This document shows, piece after piece, positions 61,808-64,000 of a stretch of 64,000 bases of DNA (positions are counted from its first letter, which is position 1; every line of letters starts with the position of its first letter). Position numbers and translations under genes: made by a program. Source of the stretch: Podarcis gaigeae. Lineage: Eukaryota. The stretch lies in the NCBI GenBank assembly GCA_964106915.2, contig OZ066914.1; one strand, given 5' to 3'. The notes beneath the pieces were generated by a model. That model did no database searches and had not been told where the DNA came from. It saw only the letters and a program-made list of their open reading frames with translations.

Positions 61808-62051
61808 CAGGGGTCAGCAACCTAAGGCCCATGGACCGGAAGCAGCCTGCGGAGGTTGTTTGACCCGCCCCCAAGCCACCCGCTTGCCCACTGCACTAAA
61901 TTGGCACTGAGCAGTACGGGGACTCGTTTCTGCGGTGCCAAAAATCATGTGTGCGCAGACTCTGAAAATTGCAGGTGCGCACGATCCAGCCCACAGAGGA
62001 ATCTCTGCGGGACTGATCCGGCCCAGGCAAGATAAATCTTACTGACCCCTG
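61808..62051. mobile_element. hAT (Charlie-like) MITE
   Basis: CAGGGGTCAG / CTGACCCCTG TIRs and an 8-bp TSD ggctaaag/gactaaag (7/8 match). Confidence 0.8.
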
Positions 62052-64000
62052 GACTAAAGGTAAGTGTGGACAAGCCCTGTGTGCACAGGGAGCAGTTCAG
62101 CAGGTGGGACTTGTTCTGTCACAGAGCTGCAGTGATAGGCTAAGCAACTGAATGTTTACTGAATGTATACACGCTGGTGCATTTTTAAGAACACAATCCT
62201 AAAATCAGTTAATAGGATTTGAAAATCGGTAGGGTTGGAAACTGACTTTTTTGGGGGGTGGGGAGGGGACAATTCTGTTGAAGTTAATCTGCATCAGTTT
62301 TAAAATGCTTGAGTCTTACCTATCCCTAGAAATAGGGAAGTAAATCTTGGAATAATCTACAAGTCCTCTGATACAATTTCCCATGTGTTTAGTATCAGCC
62401 AGAACCCTGCTGGGGGTGGGAGTGGAGGGAGATAGGTAACTGGAAATAATGTAGAAAGCATGGCTGTTTGGCTTTCTCTGATCCTACAGTAAGAGAATAG
62501 CACATGAAAGATAAGAAATCCAGTGATCTATTCAACAGATGTTGCCCACACATTTAAATCACAAGATCTTTCTTATACCCCCCCCTCCAAAAAGCTGGTA
62601 TAATTAATTTGTGTACATTGTGTTTTACAAAGAACAGGTTTGACAGGCCTCTTACCCCATGGGGCTTGCAAGCAATAGACAAAAAGGAAACCATAGAGGA
62701 AGGAGCGGTAAATTGAGTGAGGTATAATAATAATAATAATAATTTGAAAACCTAAAACAACATCCACATGCCCATGTGGATTCTGATCAACTTTAGCATC
62801 TAAACTCTAGTCAAAGGTTCGTCCCTGGGTGGGTCGCAACAATGAAAACAACATTGGAAACTATTTCAAACAACTTGCTACTCTTTTTAAACTAATGAAA
62901 AATGGGTTAAACATAAAATCGATCATTTGTTAAATGAACAATATAGCAGTTCGTTCACCACTTGCACTGAATTGTTCACCACTTGCAGGTGAAAATTAAT
63001 GTCCTATTGTATAATTAATATTTCTTAATTGGGCAACTTTTTCTTTTACTATGGAAAGTGTTAACATTAAGCTGCTGTCAGCTGGACTCTCCTATGCCAT
63101 CTCCCTTTCAATGAAACAGTTTACCTTGTAGAGTGGATGAAAGACAGTGCGTGTGTGTAATATCAGACATGTTTGTAAGTGTAATGTTAAACAGAACAGA
63201 TTAAAAGAATTTGGTTTCGAAACCTTGGAGTGCCTTCAGACAACTAGCAGTTTAATAAAAGATAGCAAACCTTAAGCAGTGTCCTTTGTTGTGATAGGTC
63301 GGGCGTTTCTGTCCTGAACAGTATTTGTTTTGTTGGCTTGCCAAGGAAATCTTACTGATAACATCAGAAAAGTCTTAGAGCAGCACGGTTCACACTCATA
63401 ATATTTATTGTATATAGGATAGTTCAAGAAGTGGATTTGTCTGCCTCCTATAGTAAGTTTTTGATTCCTAAAATTGTTGCTGTGTTAGTCCCCAAGGAAC
63501 AAGTACAAAATAGCTAATGATTTCTGTCCTTGGCTCAGTTTCTACTGATGCAACCATGTGTGAACTTTGGAGCTGTGCACAGTTCTTTACTTAGCAGAGT
63601 GGCATCTGTTCAACAGCAGAGAGAAGAAAGCACACAGAGACCCGTCAATTATCATTGTTGTTGTGCTATTGCACTCATGTCCTGCTGGTGGGCTTCCACA
63701 AGCTGCTGTGGGAACAGAATGCTGGAGTAGATTATCCTTTGGTCCTTTCCTTCAAAGAGGTAGATTTTCAGCCAAGATCTCCATGACATAATTTTAGAGG
63801 CTCCTCTTTGCTTGAAGTACCGCCTTTGATTCTTTTCTCAGCACCTGGTTAAGATAAGTCTTTTAATTATTTTTAACAACCAGTGTAACAAAGAAAGAAA
63901 AGCAGAGGGGGGAAGGTGAAAGAAAAAAAACGCATGCCATCAGTTCATATTAAGATAAGCCTTCCTAAATAATGCGTCATTCCACATTCCCTCTGAATTT

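Overview
Vertebrate genomic DNA from a squamate reptile, probably a lacertid lizard. The taxon is inferred from a Sauria SINE, BovB fragments and squamate-type L2 and MITE families. The window holds one complete protein-coding gene: PIDD1 (+ strand, 15 coding exons at 4750-22343, spliced CDS 2682 nt = 893 aa). The protein has 7 LRRs, two ZU5 domains with both HFS autoproteolysis motifs, a UPA domain and a C-terminal death domain. A CpG island at about 1.95-3.1 kb looks bidirectional: a minus-strand non-coding exon with a 5'TOP start (probably RPLP2, by synteny) faces PIDD1 non-coding exon 1. A second CpG island at about 32.0-33.5 kb holds a + strand non-coding first exon, probably SLC25A22 by synteny only. 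No coding exon follows it in the remaining >31 kb. The rest is intronic or intergenic DNA with L2, L1, BovB, SINEs, LTR fragments, hAT and Tc1/mariner-pogo MITEs, microsatellites and one assembly gap. I found no convincing new biological system. The best leads are regulatory: a p53-like element whose CATG core doubles as an overlapping uAUG in the PIDD1 leader, a competing exon-5 donor that would give an LRR-only or NMD product, a Gln at the death-domain position of human R815, and an antisense ORF at the position of human PANO1.
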